Shown here: piece by piece, positions 40,503-54,098 of the stretch
Numbering within the stretch: position 1 is the first letter of the stretch
Layout of the letters: each line of letters starts with the position of its first letter
NCBI GenBank assembly: GCA_028534125.1
Contig: CM052817.1
Location: 86,864,001 to 86,928,000 of the forward strand
Length of the DNA stretch: 64,000 bases
Direction of reading: 5' to 3'
Source: Lama glama
Lineage: Eukaryota
The notes under the pieces: model-generated
Seen by the model: the letters and a program-made list of their open reading frames with translations, nothing else
The model's database searches: none
Told to the model about the DNA's origin: nothing
Position numbers and translations under genes: made by a program

Positions 40503-42589
40503 TGTTTCTAAGAAATTTGAAACTTTAACTCTGATAATAACAGGAATCTATGGAAGGTTTTGTAGCAGGAAAAAATGGGGTAAGAACTATATTTTTGAAA
40601 AAATGATACAAAAGTAATGTTTATAATGCACTGGAATAGAGAGAAACCAGAAAACAAAATGGCCAGATAGAAACTTAGAAAAATCTGGATGTTAGGAACT
40701 GAGGAGACCAGTTTGAACAGAAGGAAAAGACATGACTGGGAAACATGGAAGAGGCAAAATCAACAGAAGTTTGATGTTTTTAACTATGACCCCATGTTTG
40801 CTGCTGTAGATGATTAGATGGATAACAATACCACCCACAAAACAATCCAGGCAGTGGAGAAAAACCATACTTGTGTTAAGAGATAGTCACTGTTAAAAAA
40901 AAAAAAAAAGCTCATTTTGAATACTTTTTAAATCTTGGTGCCTAAATCTCAATTATGACCCCCAAAGTATGCAAAAATAAAAAAAAAAAGGAAAACATTT
41001 GTCCAAAGAAAAGTTCATATATAACTTGACATTGCCATTAAATTGAAACTGTTTCTAACATTGAATACATATGTGTGTGTACATATACAGATATATATGC
41101 ATATGTTTGTAAGCACATACATATATAGTTTGAAAAATAATGTGAGATCTAAAACGTTATCAAGTGACCCACTTTGGTCCTCTCTCCTGTAGAAAGCCAC
41201 CTGGGACAAGGAGGCACTTGCGTCTTTAAAAAATGGAGGAATACATTTTTATTTTACGTTTATGTCTCAACAGTGAAACCCTTTCTATCACAACACAAGG
41301 AAGACTTCTCCCATATTGGCAACTGTTTTTATATGGTTGGCAGGTTTCAAAGAGTTTGAACATGAATAAAATCCAACTACTCCACAGGATGAAAAGCTCA
41401 TGAACTTCCGCTTTTAAAGATGAAGTGGAAAAGAACTGTCAGATGTAAGAAAGCCAAAAAGTGATTTAGTATCTCAGCAACAAAGAAGCCTTGACCCTTA
41501 TTTGCGCTATTAAAATCTTAATATAACAAAGTCATATAATGGGACAGTCAGAATTTAGAAGCAAATACAGTTTCTTGGCAGACTAAGGATTTTTGCCATC
41601 TGTATCTCAAAGCAGAAGGAAACATACACTGCGTTCAGGCTCTGTAATAAGCATATGAAGTCAAAGGTGTGTCTGTATATCCCAAGCTAAGTAAAAATGA
41701 AAAGAAATGCCTGCAGGGCTCATGTTCTGAATACAACTGTCTGTATTTGAGAAATTCCACTCTCTATGGTCTTCTAATGATTACAACAGCAGGAGATGGT
41801 GCCAAAGAGACTCAAAGCAAATGGAAAAGCATGGTTTTAAGGGAAATCCTCAACACCCAGTAGAATGATAATACAGATTGACTCATGTCAATCTATATCA
41901 ACTAGTAAGACATACATTTGGCCAATAACAGCATGATAGAATATAATTCATCTGAGAGACTGATAACGGCCCCCTTTTCTCTTTTTCTTCTTCTGAAAGA
42001 GATGTGATTATAATTATAAAGCACAAAAACATTACTTTAAAGAAGTATACTAGGGTTGTAAATCTAGGAGCTAATGACAATTTGCAAAATGAAAAATGAC
42101 ACTAAAAAGTGACCATGGGTAGAAGCAAGTGCAGAATATAGCTTACCATGTAGGTTAATACAAGTCTGATAGATTCACCCTTATTTGGTAACTAAATTTT
42201 CATTAAAATTCAGTATTATATGGATAATATCATAATGTCTAAGAATTAATTAAACAATAAGTCGTTCACAGCCTTAAGCTAGAAAGTAAACGGAAATTAG
42301 AAAGTCTCACAACTGTGACCATACTTATCTAAAAGTACTGCATGAACCTAGACATTGTGTTTTTAAAATTTTTATCAGGCCACTACTATATTTTCATGTC
42401 TTTGTGTATATAGGGTCAAAAGGTCCCACTTTTTCAACACTTCCCTTGCCCAGCCCATCACCTTAGAGACGCAGCTTTCCTCACTGGCTTGGATCTAGTA
42501 CGAGACTTCGGAATCTGCATCTGGTTCTAAAGAAGTGTAACTCCAACAAAACTACGAAACCATTTTCAATATCATTGATAATTAGGGAT

Positions 42590-43285
42590 ATTTAAGTGAA
42601 AACTATCATAGAATAGGACTGCACACCTTTAAATCATCAGGTAACTAAAATGTCAGCCAACACTATGAGCTATTAAATACGTGAGAGCAATGGGAACTCA
42701 CATAAACTGCTGATAAGGGGTATACTGCTCCCATTGCTTTGAAAAACTTCATCATCTAATAAATATGTATCTCACATAAAACTGCAGTTATACTAGAACA
42801 AGTAGAAATTTCATAATAATAGCACTTGTGATAGCCAAATATATATATATAACACACATATGCAAGAAAAGTAACTAAGTTGTAAAGAAAATACATTAAC
42901 TACAGCCACCATCAGTGATACATGTGATTCTTGTAAAATTAATGGAAGGACAACACAAAACAAGATACACAATTATGCTTCATTTATATAAAATATAAAA
43001 ATATGTAAAACTGTATTCTTTTACTATATAAGTAAAATTTTAAAGAAAAGCAAGGAAGTCATTCCCATAAAGTCAGGCTCATTCTTGTAAACAGGGATGA
43101 GAGATGACTGATTATTAAAAGAAACAATGCATTTTCAAAGTGCTGGGAATGTTCTCTGTCTCCATATAGGTGGTGGCTACTCAGGTGATCCCTTTATAAT
43201 TATTAACTATGTTGTACAGTATGTATTACATATTTTTCTGTACTCTGTCATATTTCACAATTTAAAAAGGTTTAGAAAAAATTCA
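42590..43285 (+). mobile_element. L1ME-like 3' end
   Basis: 'gcttcatttatataaaat', 'tgctgggaatgttctctgtctccatataggtggtggctac', 'atatttcacaatttaaaaa'. Confidence 0.7.
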
Positions 43286-43296
43286 GCCATGCCCAT

Positions 43297-43737
43297 TGTA
43301 ATGGGTTAAACAGTGGTCCCCAAAAAGGTATGTTCACCCAGAACCTCATAATGTGATCTTATTTGCAATAAGGGTTTTTGTAAATGTAATTAAGATTCGG
43401 ATCTCTAAATGAGATCTTCTTGGATTAGGGTGAGTCCTAAATCCAATGACAAATGTCTTTATAAGAGACAAAAAAGGAAAAGAGACACAGAAACACAGGG
43501 GAAAAGACCAGGCAAAGATGGAGCTGTTAACTAGAGTTATGCTGACATAAGCGAATGAAAACTGTGAAGCTGGTAGAGGCCAGAAGGATTCTTCCCTAGA
43601 GCCATTAGAAGAAGCCAACACCTTGATTTTGGACTTCTGGCCTCAATAACTGTGAGAGAACAAATATTTGTTATTTTAAGACACCAAGTTTGTGGGGATT
43701 GTTTTTTTTTTTACAGCTGCCCCGTAAAACAAATACA
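43297..43737 (+). mobile_element. MLT1B/C-like MaLR solo LTR
   Basis: TG...CA termini; 'aatgtgatcttatttgcaataaggg', 'ccttgattttggacttctggcctc...aactgtgagagaacaaat'. Confidence 0.85.
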
Positions 43738-43749
43738 TGCATGCTACAG

Positions 43750-43950
43750 ACAATAATGTAAAGTGAGTCCTTTAGATTTGGGGCTGTGGAATTGGACATG
43801 GTTACAATTCTGACTCAACCATTTACAAGCCTTGGACAATTCATAGTAGCTTTTTAACCTCAGTTTTTTCATGTGTAGAATGAGAATATTATCAACTTCA
43901 AAATGTTTCAGTAAAGGGTAAATAAGAGTACTGTGAAAACCTCTATATGC
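43750..43950 (+). mobile_element. MIR SINE
   Basis: 'ccttggacaattca...aacctcagttttttcatgtgtagaatgagaata'. Confidence 0.7.
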
Positions 43951-44919
43951 AGGGCTCAAGAATTACACATTGATACCCTCTCCTCACAATGAGTCACAAA
44001 TAATGGACTGTTCTTCGGGTAAGACCATCATATGAGATGAATGCATTAGATAATTTTAGTGATACTATAAAATTAAATCCAATTAAATTAGCTTGCCTTG
44101 GTCTCATTTCAGGAACAGGACGCAACTGGTCCCGGCAGGGGCTTAACTACATGAAGGAAAGGGGGCTTCTGCAGTCACACAGGAGTCCACACCTCTGGTC
44201 TCTGTTAGTTGCTTATCATTGTACTTAAATACATTCTGCTAGCATACATCTTACACTGTTGGTCAATGAGAAATGACACCAGAGAAACAGAAATAATCTC
44301 TGTATAGTAAAAGAATCAGGCTCTTAAGCTACACTCTAGACAATGAAAAAGTCAACAAACTGTTGGTCCTTCCCAAGAGGAAGCCATACCCTTTTCCTAT
44401 TCTGTACCCTTACTGATTCTCTTGAGTAATAACATGGTTCTAAGGAATAAAATCACATAAACATGTAGAAACTAACTACCCAGAAATCTGGAGCATCTTT
44501 TCATATAAACAATATTAATTCAAACAAAACATTATGATAGTTATCTAACTGAACCTTATTTATAATTTTAAATGATGGGAGACCAAACAAAAATAAAGAA
44601 TGAAATGTAAAGCCTAAGCACTGATTCTCCCCACTTTTTAAGCAAGATTTATAGTTCAATGAAGATTAATAGTATTAATTTTACTTAAAACGTCATCATC
44701 AGCTTCTGCTTTGGAAACCTAATTAGAATTTGTAAATTTGGCACCTAATTCAGTTTCCTGGTTAAAAAATGGCTTTAAAATTTGTCACCACTAAAAAGTT
44801 TTTTCCACTGAAACCTTGCTCATATACTGCCCTTTCTGACGAAAACCACCTATTTAACTTCACTGAGCTCCTTAACTTCCTAACTGAAAAAAAAAAAAAG
44901 AAGAAGAAGATGGAAGTCG

Positions 44920-45185
44920 GATGGTGGTTAAGAGTAGAGTTCCTCCAGGAACAAGAAGATAACAAGGCAGGTTGTGACTATGCATTGACGAAGGGGGTTA
45001 GAATAAAATTCTCGGCTCTAGGCTTTTGTCAGCTCTGTGTCTCAATTTAAGTTATTTAATCTTTCAAGTCTAAGTTAATTTTTATAAAATGAAGATGATA
45101 ACAATACCTACAGCAAAGGGTTAGTACATATAAAAGCATTCAGTCAGCATCAACAGCATCATTTAATAAATATTAGTTGATTATC
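44920..45185 (+). mobile_element. MIR SINE, decayed
   Basis: 'aagttatttaatctttcaagtctaagttaatttttataaaatgaagatgataacaatacctac'. Confidence 0.6.
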
Positions 45186-45519
45186 AGTCCTATACGTCCT
45201 TCATTTTTGACTCACCTTTTTCTGAATTCACTTTACTGTCCTCTCCCACAAAACCTAAACTTTGGAGCAACTGTCTTATCTCTCTCCCCTTTCATCCAAG
45301 CTTCTGGAAGGATTTGTCCCTGTTTCTCTTTAGAGCTTCATTTGTCATCCATTGCTCAATCTACAAAAATCTGACTTAAAAATAAGGTTTTTAATATACG
45401 TGCTGTGATTCACACATACCCATATATCTAAATGCAATCTATATGCCAGTGACTTAATTTAAGACTGTGAGATGCATACACTGTCCTCCATTCCCGTGTT
45501 TTTATTTAAATATAGAAAG

Positions 45520-45935
45520 CCATTTTTTAGCCTGCCACAGTACCACACAGAATAAAAGATCACATTTACAAGGCTTCCTGGTAACTTGAGGAGATGTGGC
45601 TAAGTCTGGTGAAAGAGATGTAAACAGAATGGGTCAGAGGCTGGCTAAGTCTCTTTCAAGGGGAGAGGCTATGCTACCTTCCTCTCTTCCTCCATGTTGT
45701 TACTGGAGACACTACTGTGATGAAGCATCTCCATCAGCAACTCTGGACACAGTGGGAGGAATGCCATACCCTGGGATGGCAGAGAGGAGATCATGAAGGA
45801 TCCTGGATAACTTTTTAGTGCTCATTTCAGCCCAAGTTGCCTTCCACCGTGCTCTTCCACAAGACTGAAATAAATTTCTGTTTTACTTAAGCACCTGTGA
45901 TGGGAATACTGCCGTTCTGTGTAGGTAACCTAATC
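45520..45935 (+). mobile_element. Old MLT1 LTR fragment
   Basis: 'ggatgtggctaagtctgg'-like segment, 'gggatggcagagag...gaaggatcctgg', 'aataaatttctgttttacttaagcac'. Confidence 0.5.
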
Positions 45936-46539
45936 CAATCGAATCTGTATATTTAAACCTGAACTCTGTGATGAGCTCCAGCCCTATATTACAGGTTGCC
46001 ATTTAATATTTCAAAGGATTCTCAAGGTCGATGTATCTGAAACCAAATTCAACATGTCTCCTCCAAAATTGTTTCTCATATTTCATGTCTCAATTAACCA
46101 TGCCAAGTTCTGCCTGCTTATTCAAAATATGAAGATCTGCCTAGCCAAAGTGGAATTCCCCAGCCCATTTCTTTGCAGGAGATTAGAAGAGCTTGCTCTA
46201 TGAAAAGTAGTCCAAGATAAATGATCTCTAGACACTGATACGTAAGGATCCCCAATTAGATGACTCTCCCTACTGTGAGGGACATGCTCCCTTCTCACAC
46301 TGAGGTGTGCACACCAAACACCAAATCAACTCTTTTATTCTGAGCATTAAGTCAACATGTTAGTTCTGCATTTCAAACTGAATGGATGAGCATCACACAT
46401 AAAATAACCCTGTAAATGAAAAAGACTGAACAAAATCAATTAACAGAAAATCAATGAGAAAAGCAAAGGGAATTTGGAGATGATGGCATGATGATGAAAG
46501 TTCTGACTGATAGCTGTTGCAGAATGGAATAAGAAGCTG

Positions 46540-47140
46540 GTAGTAAGAAAATAAAAAAAGAACCTAAATTATCTGACTTATCTGATGTGCTTGTACTGAC
46601 AGAATTTTACAACACTTTTGGAGAATTTGGAGTGATAGGGATATACAAATTAAACACACAATAAAACAAGTTATTAATTCTAGGTGAAAAGAGTAGCACA
46701 TGAAAGCCATTATATTTATAATCTACAGTATTTAGCTCAGATATAAACAGATTTACATACTCATAATATTGTAAAAACTGAATAAGGTTTTAACCAAAAG
46801 TTATAGTAAAACCAAAAAAATAATGGAAATAGAGGAAATGTGTTTTTACATGTATGAGCAAATTGTTAAAAGATCTTCTACTTTGGGATATTAATAGATA
46901 CACATAGTCTAAAACTGAGAAATCAAGAAATAAAAACATCAATAAGCTATTTAGATATATAGGCACAAATACCAAAAGAAAAAGCTCACAAAGGTCAAAT
47001 ACTTGCCCCTGATGATTGGGGATCTTGGTGGGGAGGGTAGCAGTAGCAGATTTCTATTTTCTGAACACTGTACTTTTTGGTTAAGATGTATGTTAATTTA
47101 CTACACTAAGAAAATTAAATTAAAAATAGTTATTTTTAAG
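46540..47140 (+). mobile_element. L1MC-like 3' region fragment
   Basis: Decayed L1 3'-UTR-like sequence 'ttatctgatgtgcttg...ttggagaatttggag'. Confidence 0.5.
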
Positions 47141-47280
47141 AAACTATGGTAACTTGAAATATGTTTTCTAAAACAATCAAATATTTCTTAGGAAGATAAA
47201 TGCTATAATTAATAAGTGAGCTGAAACTGTCAGCTCAAAGTGATTGACAAATAATGCTTTGAACATTTTCAATTCGTTTT

Positions 47281-47410
47281 CTTTTTAATCTTTTTTTGGG
47301 GGAGGGGGGATTAGGTTTATTTATTTATTTTTAGAGGAGGTACTGGGGACTGAACCCAGGACCTCATGCATGCTAAGCATGCACTCTACCACTTGAGCTA
47401 TATCCTCCCC
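47281..47410 (-). mobile_element. tRNA-Ala-derived SINE (camelid Vic-1 type)
   Basis: Minus strand reads GGGGAGGATATAGCTCAAGTGGTAGAGTGCATGCTTAGCATGCATGAGGTCCTGGGTTCAGTCCCCAG, with A box, B-box-like motif, AT-rich/C-rich tail and A-rich end. Degenerate TSD tcaattcgtttt/tcaactgtttt. Confidence 0.85.
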
Positions 47411-48504
47411 ACTCAACTGTTTTTAAAACCTGGAAAACTGCTTCATCTCTAAGTATGTGTACTTTCCCTACCTAATTTTTTATGCTATTTATTTGTTTAA
47501 CAAGCCTCTTTCCACTGTGTCAAAAAAGTTCAATATTAGACTCACATTTTCAAAAATTCTAAATTAATCAGGTGTGAATTAATGTTTGATAGACGCTAGA
47601 CAGCAAAATCCCAAATGCTGGCATAAATTCTGCCTTTGAACCAATCCCAACTGTGAAGTGGCAAAACTGAAAATAATCTCCATAAATAGGTTCAATATTT
47701 TCCAACATAATAAACCACTATTGAGACAAAAAGAAACCAGTCTTCATTATCTATCTGAGGTTGAGGTGCGAAACACATAAACAAAATATTCCCTCACTCT
47801 ATTACTTGTGCATTATCAGAGGTTTCAATTCTGCAGTGTAGATACCCCTCATTATGTGCTAATTTTGTGAAAAGTTACTCTGCTTTTTTCCTGAAGTGAA
47901 AGGGAAATGAAAACCTTTCCGGGACTGGCCTGGTACAGTGCATTTGTAAAGGTGAAAACTTAACGTGAAATAGAATGGGGCACAGGAAATCAAATGAGTT
48001 TAAGGATTTAACTGTAACCAGGGAATAAAAGGTTATTCACTTTTGCAAAATCAAAGCACTCTCTGACGAGTCTAATTAATGAATAAAATTCTTGTTTCTT
48101 TTACAATAGACCTTTAAACTGTTTCTACTCAGCAGTCTCAAAATGATTTCACTAGGAGGTCCTAGAGTTATCAAGCTGAAATGGCAGCTGCTGTTCTTCT
48201 CGGTTTCCTTTATTTCATAAAAGGATTGGTAACTTGCATTTGGCTTCAAAACATTCTCCACTGGCTACTCCCCTCTGCTTTGTCTCTCCCCCAAAAGTTT
48301 AATCTAATTTAGAGTATTCAAAGGGGGAAAGAACTAAGTTCTTCTCTAAAAGTAATTAAAAGCATGATGCCTTTATTCACTTGCTTCTAAATTAGGAATG
48401 CCCTTTCAGAGAAATATTAAGCTGAAACAGATAAAGTTCATCTTAGTAAATACTACAATTATCTAGGGAAGGAAGGCTCTATACGTAAGCCTAGCTCTCC
48501 ACAC

Positions 48505-48600
48505 CTGCGGTTCAGCAATACCCACACGACAGGAAGATTAAGCAGCTCTCAAACTGCATTTGAATTGTTCAGTAGATGTCACCGTATTAAATTCCTTAGT
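48505..48600 (-). ncRNA. Candidate internal exon (96 nt) of the minus-strand lncRNA
   Basis: Acceptor CTCATTGATCTTTAAG|ACTAAG, donor CCGCAG|GTGTGG; unique sequence with retained CpGs. Splice sites are only moderately strong. Confidence 0.3.
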
Positions 48601-50812
48601 CTTAAAGATCAATGAGATACATTTTCATATTTGAATACTTTCTTATCATAAAAATACATTCAGCACCTTTCTGGTAACAAACCAGGACGGACATTGACTT
48701 GAGATTTGACCATAGACTTATAGGCTTCCACAAAACATTGCTTAGATGAAGATATATAATCTGGGATTTATTTTTACTGAGTCATTTTGGAGAACAGAAC
48801 TAAACCAAGTGAGAGGGGAGAAATGTAAAAAGTAAAAAAGGCTCTGATTCAATTAACTAAGGGCAAGCTCCCTCAGATTTTTCACAACTAAGGATTCTTC
48901 TGAGGATACAAATAGGCTAATTAAATAGGTACCTTTCTGCTTCTTAATTACTTTCATTTCTCCCAGAAAGATATTACAGGAAATTTCACAATCATTCTAT
49001 GGAAGCTAAGATATAAAACTGAAAAAACTAAAACACAGTACCAAGTCTATTGGATGAAATTAAATTAGAAACCAGCCAGCTACAGGTCAGTATGTATAAC
49101 ATAATTCTATATATTGTACTAAAGTAGAAGTCCATTGTATGGAGGTGAAAGTGATTTACACATCATTTTTTGAACATTTAGAAGATTTATAAATCTAGTC
49201 ACTAGCTGCACTGCAACTCTATAAAGTAAAGGAAATTTTTTATAGAAAACAGGTTTGTAGCAAATCAGTAAGCTAATATATGGAACAATTTAAAAAATAC
49301 ACTGAATATGATCTGTAATGGTAAAATTTACCCATCCACGTTTAAAAATAAAATACATACAAAGCAATTTTCTGACTTTAAAAATTTCACAAACTATTTA
49401 ACTATATAAATGTAAACAATTATTATCAGTAACATAATTTGTTATTAACTTTCTATAAAGGTGGATTGCTGTGTTAAAATAATTCTGAAATGTAGTAAAA
49501 ATGTCTCTGCCTTATTAAGAGGAATATAGTCAACAACATTTAACCTTTTCTCTTTGGCATCATTATGAATATCACTTAACAGAATTCTTCCAGTTTGCTT
49601 CTCTGCTTCCAAACCTAGTGACACTTCTATCTACATCTTCACCATCATCCATCTCTCCTTTCCTAATTTACAGGTAGCTGTAACCTAGAAAGAACTAGTG
49701 ATTCTCAAACTGGATACAGACACTTCCCATATCACTGTCCAGTCTTTCATATGAAAACATTTTTATCCAGAAAAAGTTTCTGTAAATGCTTAGCACAATG
49801 TCCCAAATATAAAGGAGTTCATTTCATATTTTTAAATAAGTGAATAAATAAACGTGCGAAATTAGTAAGTAAATAAATATGTAAGCGTGGGATATAGGCA
49901 TATTGGTAAAATCAATGAAATTTTAGAAGGAGTAAACCTTCCAGAACACTACACGACCGAGTACTTTGGAATTACAGATTCTGCATGGACAGAGGGCATG
50001 ACCTGTTCTCAGACCACTGCTTGTCTGATTATATAACTAAACGAGTTGAGAGAAACCTTATGAAGTGTGTACAGGCAACACACTATACTACTGGCAGACA
50101 GTACATTTTAGAAGAGCCCATCAGACTGACATTTAGTACTATTAAGCATTTTCATTGAAACTTGAATGCAAGTCGTATTTTTGCAGAGGCCAATGCAGGC
50201 AGGCTCTTAAAGCAGCCAAATTTGGCAAAGTCCTTCGTTATTAGTTTCCGTGTGAAACTCACTTGTTGGGATGACAATAACTAGATTTTTCCTTGCTTTT
50301 AATTCCTTTACTTTTATTAGTGTTTAACTATTCCCCATGGAAGATAAGGGTTTTGTTGAGGCAACCAGGAAATTCTTCTGAAGTCTCTTGCTGGGGATTC
50401 AATATCCTAAACTAAAATTTTACCTCCACCGACACATTCTTAAATACTACCTTCTGTTTCTGGCAGGAAAAAAAAGCAACAATTAAAAAATAGAAAAGTA
50501 CTCTACATCCCATCTAGAAATTCCTTTGCTTTAAAAATCTTAAATGACAGAGTTGTTTTAGTGGTTTGCCCACTAATTTAGTATTTGGGGCAAATTGCCT
50601 ACTGGGAAAACATTCAATTTAGTGGTTAATGAGAAGTCTACTTTAAAGCAACTCCTGAAGGAAACCTTAAAAAAGAACCTAATGTTGTGTTTGTTACCTC
50701 CTCTCATGGCAATACCACCACAGTCACTTACTAATATCTTACTCTATTTCATGTCTGAGTTCCATTACCCTCCCACATTTAGGAGGGAAAAAGCACTTAA
50801 TTTTAAATTAAG

Positions 50813-50942
50813 CAGAATATGAAAACAAATATATGTATGCATATGCATGACTGAGACATTGTGCTGTATACCAGAAATTGACACATTGTAACTGATTGTA
50901 CTTCAATTTAAAAAAATTGAAAAGAAAATGAAAAATAAAAAA
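50813..50942 (+). mobile_element. Short 5'-truncated young L1 3' end
   Basis: 'atgtatgcatatgcatgactgagacattgtgctgtataccagaaattgacacattgtaactgattgtacttcaatt' plus A-rich tail, flanked by TSD TAAATTAAG (50804-50812 and 50943-50951). Confidence 0.8.
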
Positions 50943-50959
50943 TAAATTAAGAGATCCTC

Positions 50960-51160
50960 TTAACTTGTTCTACTTTTCCTAGTCTCCATGGCACTTTTCA
51001 CCTTCTAACATACTCAATTATTTATTTAATGTGTGTGTGTGTGTGCACACACACAGTGAGACCATTTCTCTATTTTATTCATAATGTAACCCAAGCACTT
51101 CGGTACACAGTAGGTGCTCTGTATGCATTTCTTGAGTTGAATAAATAAATTAATCAACCG
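50960..51160 (+). mobile_element. L2 3' end
   Basis: 'ggtacacagtaggtgctctgtatgcatttcttgagttgaataaataaat'. Confidence 0.65.
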
Positions 51161-54098
51161 ACCAAAATGTGTTGCCACTTTTCATCTCAAATTCAAGTTA
51201 CATGGCACATTACAAGTTATTAGTTTCTGGAGGGCCCTATATTTAATAAACGTGAGTTCATAAAAATAAAGGGTTTAAAACCTAGATTATAGTACATAGG
51301 TCCATACAAGCACAGCCTAAAAATATGATCATTCCCCCCTAAACCCTAACTTAATGTGCAAAATAAGTCAGCTATACTTACATTGCAATAATCCATATCT
51401 TGAAGATGTTTACTTATGTTTTATTAAACCTAAACATCACCAGGAAGCATCAGTGGGAAGGACTGATATCTCAACCAATATGTCCTTAAAAACTTTGGGG
51501 AACACATATCCAATGGGACTCTGTTAGCTCTTAAGCATAGTATTTGTTTCAGGTGAAAAGATACTCATTCTTAGCTTCTGTTTCACTCAGAAGCCATCCA
51601 GGAGAGTAAATTATTCAGAAATAGGGAGGATAAAACCTGGGGCTCACTCTCCAAAACAAAAAGGAGACCTTGGGTTAGTCTCCTACTGTAACAGATTCTT
51701 CATAGCTTCCCATTATTTAAAAAAAATAAACTTAGCTCGATACATTTAGCCAGTGAATCCTTGGGTTTCTACAGGTTTATGCCTACTTTAAACCCCAAAT
51801 GTTTAAGAGTGTTCAGACTTCCAAATGCTGGAGAACTTACTTCTCATCAACGAACAATAAATTTCATTGCAAAGTGTTTTTAAAACATTCAATTTCATAG
51901 AATTTATTTTACTGACCTTGAAAAGAGCAGAAAAATAAATCTGAAGAAATAGTTTCTCCCTGAATTTCTTTAAGTCTACTTAATTCATATTAGAATTAAT
52001 AATGCTTACACATCAGCTCGAGAGAACCAAATGATTCTAAAACAACTGTCCAGCAATAATGTGAGCATTTGCAAGCAAGCATATCTATTTGCAAATTATA
52101 AGCTACACATGGGCCAATAATTGCAAAGTAATTGAGTGCATTAAGACAAACACACAAATTAGGGTGGCAAAGAGGACAAAGCCAACAAACAAATAAAAAA
52201 TACTGGAGAAAACATAAACACAAAGTAAGTACTGCTTATGTATCAGTGGCAGTATTCCCTAAGGTCAGCCCTACACTGATAATTATTGACCTGACTCGGT
52301 GAGCGTCTGAATCTACTCAGCTCTCAAATTTCTCCTTTTCACCTGAAGAATCTGGATTAGATAAAAAGGATTTTAGTTTGAAAGAGAAAGGGGTGTGGTA
52401 TTTCACAAAGTTCAATGTGTAAAACAAAACAACAGGAAAATTGGAGGGTACCAGAGCTTGCCTCTTTGGAAATCACGCCCACTGTCCCCGCCCTCACCCA
52501 CCCTACCCCCAGCTCCACTCCACATGACTCTGGGTAATCTTCATGAAACCCTGGATGCATTTTGTGAAACTCTCCCAACAGACTGCTATAATGCCTAACT
52601 TTCTTCAGCTCCACCAGATGCCACAGTATGACTACAGATCGTCAATTTAAGGTTTTTTCTGTTTCGCTACATCATTTATAATTGTATTATTATTCTCATG
52701 AATATAGTGCTTTCAATGTGGGTAACAGGCCTAAAGAATAGCAATTTTGTACTTAACATTCTCAAAAATACATATCACGCCTCAAGATAGTAAATCAAGA
52801 AAGTATTGAGTTTTTACAACTTAGCAATCAAAGCAGATTTGCCTGTAACTTTTAAAACAAAACATGTAAAGAGACAGAATAAAAATTTCTCTGTTATTGG
52901 CTTGAAATACAATTCTGAGTGCTTTCAGTTTAAAATTCTGATTTTAATATGAAATCAACTGGTCAATGAATATTAGAGTATTATACTCTTTCTAATGTAT
53001 CTTTAGTAAAATGAAAAAAAAAACTTCCTATAACAGTGTTTCAGAGTAAACCTGATACTTAAAATACTTCACAAGGGCACTCTCTTACCTAAGGGAGTTT
53101 ATTTTATGTTTCTTATATTAACAACAAAAAGGAGGGAGGAATTTAAAATGGGGACTAAAATGACAAAAAGCCTAAATATAAAATTGTTAACCAACTGAAA
53201 TATCTTTTAGATACCTGCAATAAAACATGGAATTTAGCTGTGTATACTGCCACCTACAATTCACTGAAATATTATACATTCTTCTCAGATAAAAGAAAGA
53301 AATTCATAAATGTTCCTGAACACAATCAAAATTCAGCAGGGACTGTGTGACCCTCAGCAACTAAGACAACAGCACCATATTAAAAAGATGTCCTTAAATG
53401 CTGTGGCCTTTTCTTTTTTTATCCATTTTAAATTATTTCATAATTATTAAAGTTGAAATAAAACGCTAGCCACAACATTTCTGCCTTTACACGTAAACTC
53501 TTCTTCATATGTGGGCAAAACTTAAAACCACAGAAATAAATAGAGGAGTTCTTGTTACAGTCTATGATCTATGAATCAGATCTCATGCTCCCATGCATGT
53601 CCTTATTTTAAACATAAAAATATTACATAAGTTATGAGAATGCCAGCTACACCCAAACTATGAACTTTAAGGGGGAAGAAGAGGTGCAGTTTTTTAAAGG
53701 GGCATTCATTTTAAAACTGGAAATAAATTTTCCCATCTCAGCAGAGCTTAATTCAGATGTGCTACTAAAAAGAATCATGATTTTAAAAAATAAGGTTTTT
53801 AAAACAAATGAATCATACGTTCTAGACTGACATCTACTCACTTTCTGCCTTTCCAAGATAAATTCTAGAAAAAAATAGATAAGGAACAATATACTAAAAT
53901 TCAGAAATAAATGCAGAAACAGAATACTTTAGAAAAATTCTAATGTGAATTACAGTAGTAAATAAATAATCATAAAACAACCAGTAACTTTATCTTTCCA
54001 ATCAGAACAGACTGTCAAAGCGATATATCTATGCATGTTAGAAACATCTCAGCACTCCAAAAGCATTCTCCACTTGGAATCTGGAAAACAGGGTACTA

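Noticed and set aside
47340..47410. Possible tRNA-Ala gene
   Set aside because: It has a SINE tail and TSD-like flanks, and the acceptor stem pairs poorly; it is a tRNA-derived SINE.
51029..51056. (TG)n(CA)n self-complementary hairpin
   Set aside because: Ordinary compound microsatellite within an L2 remnant.
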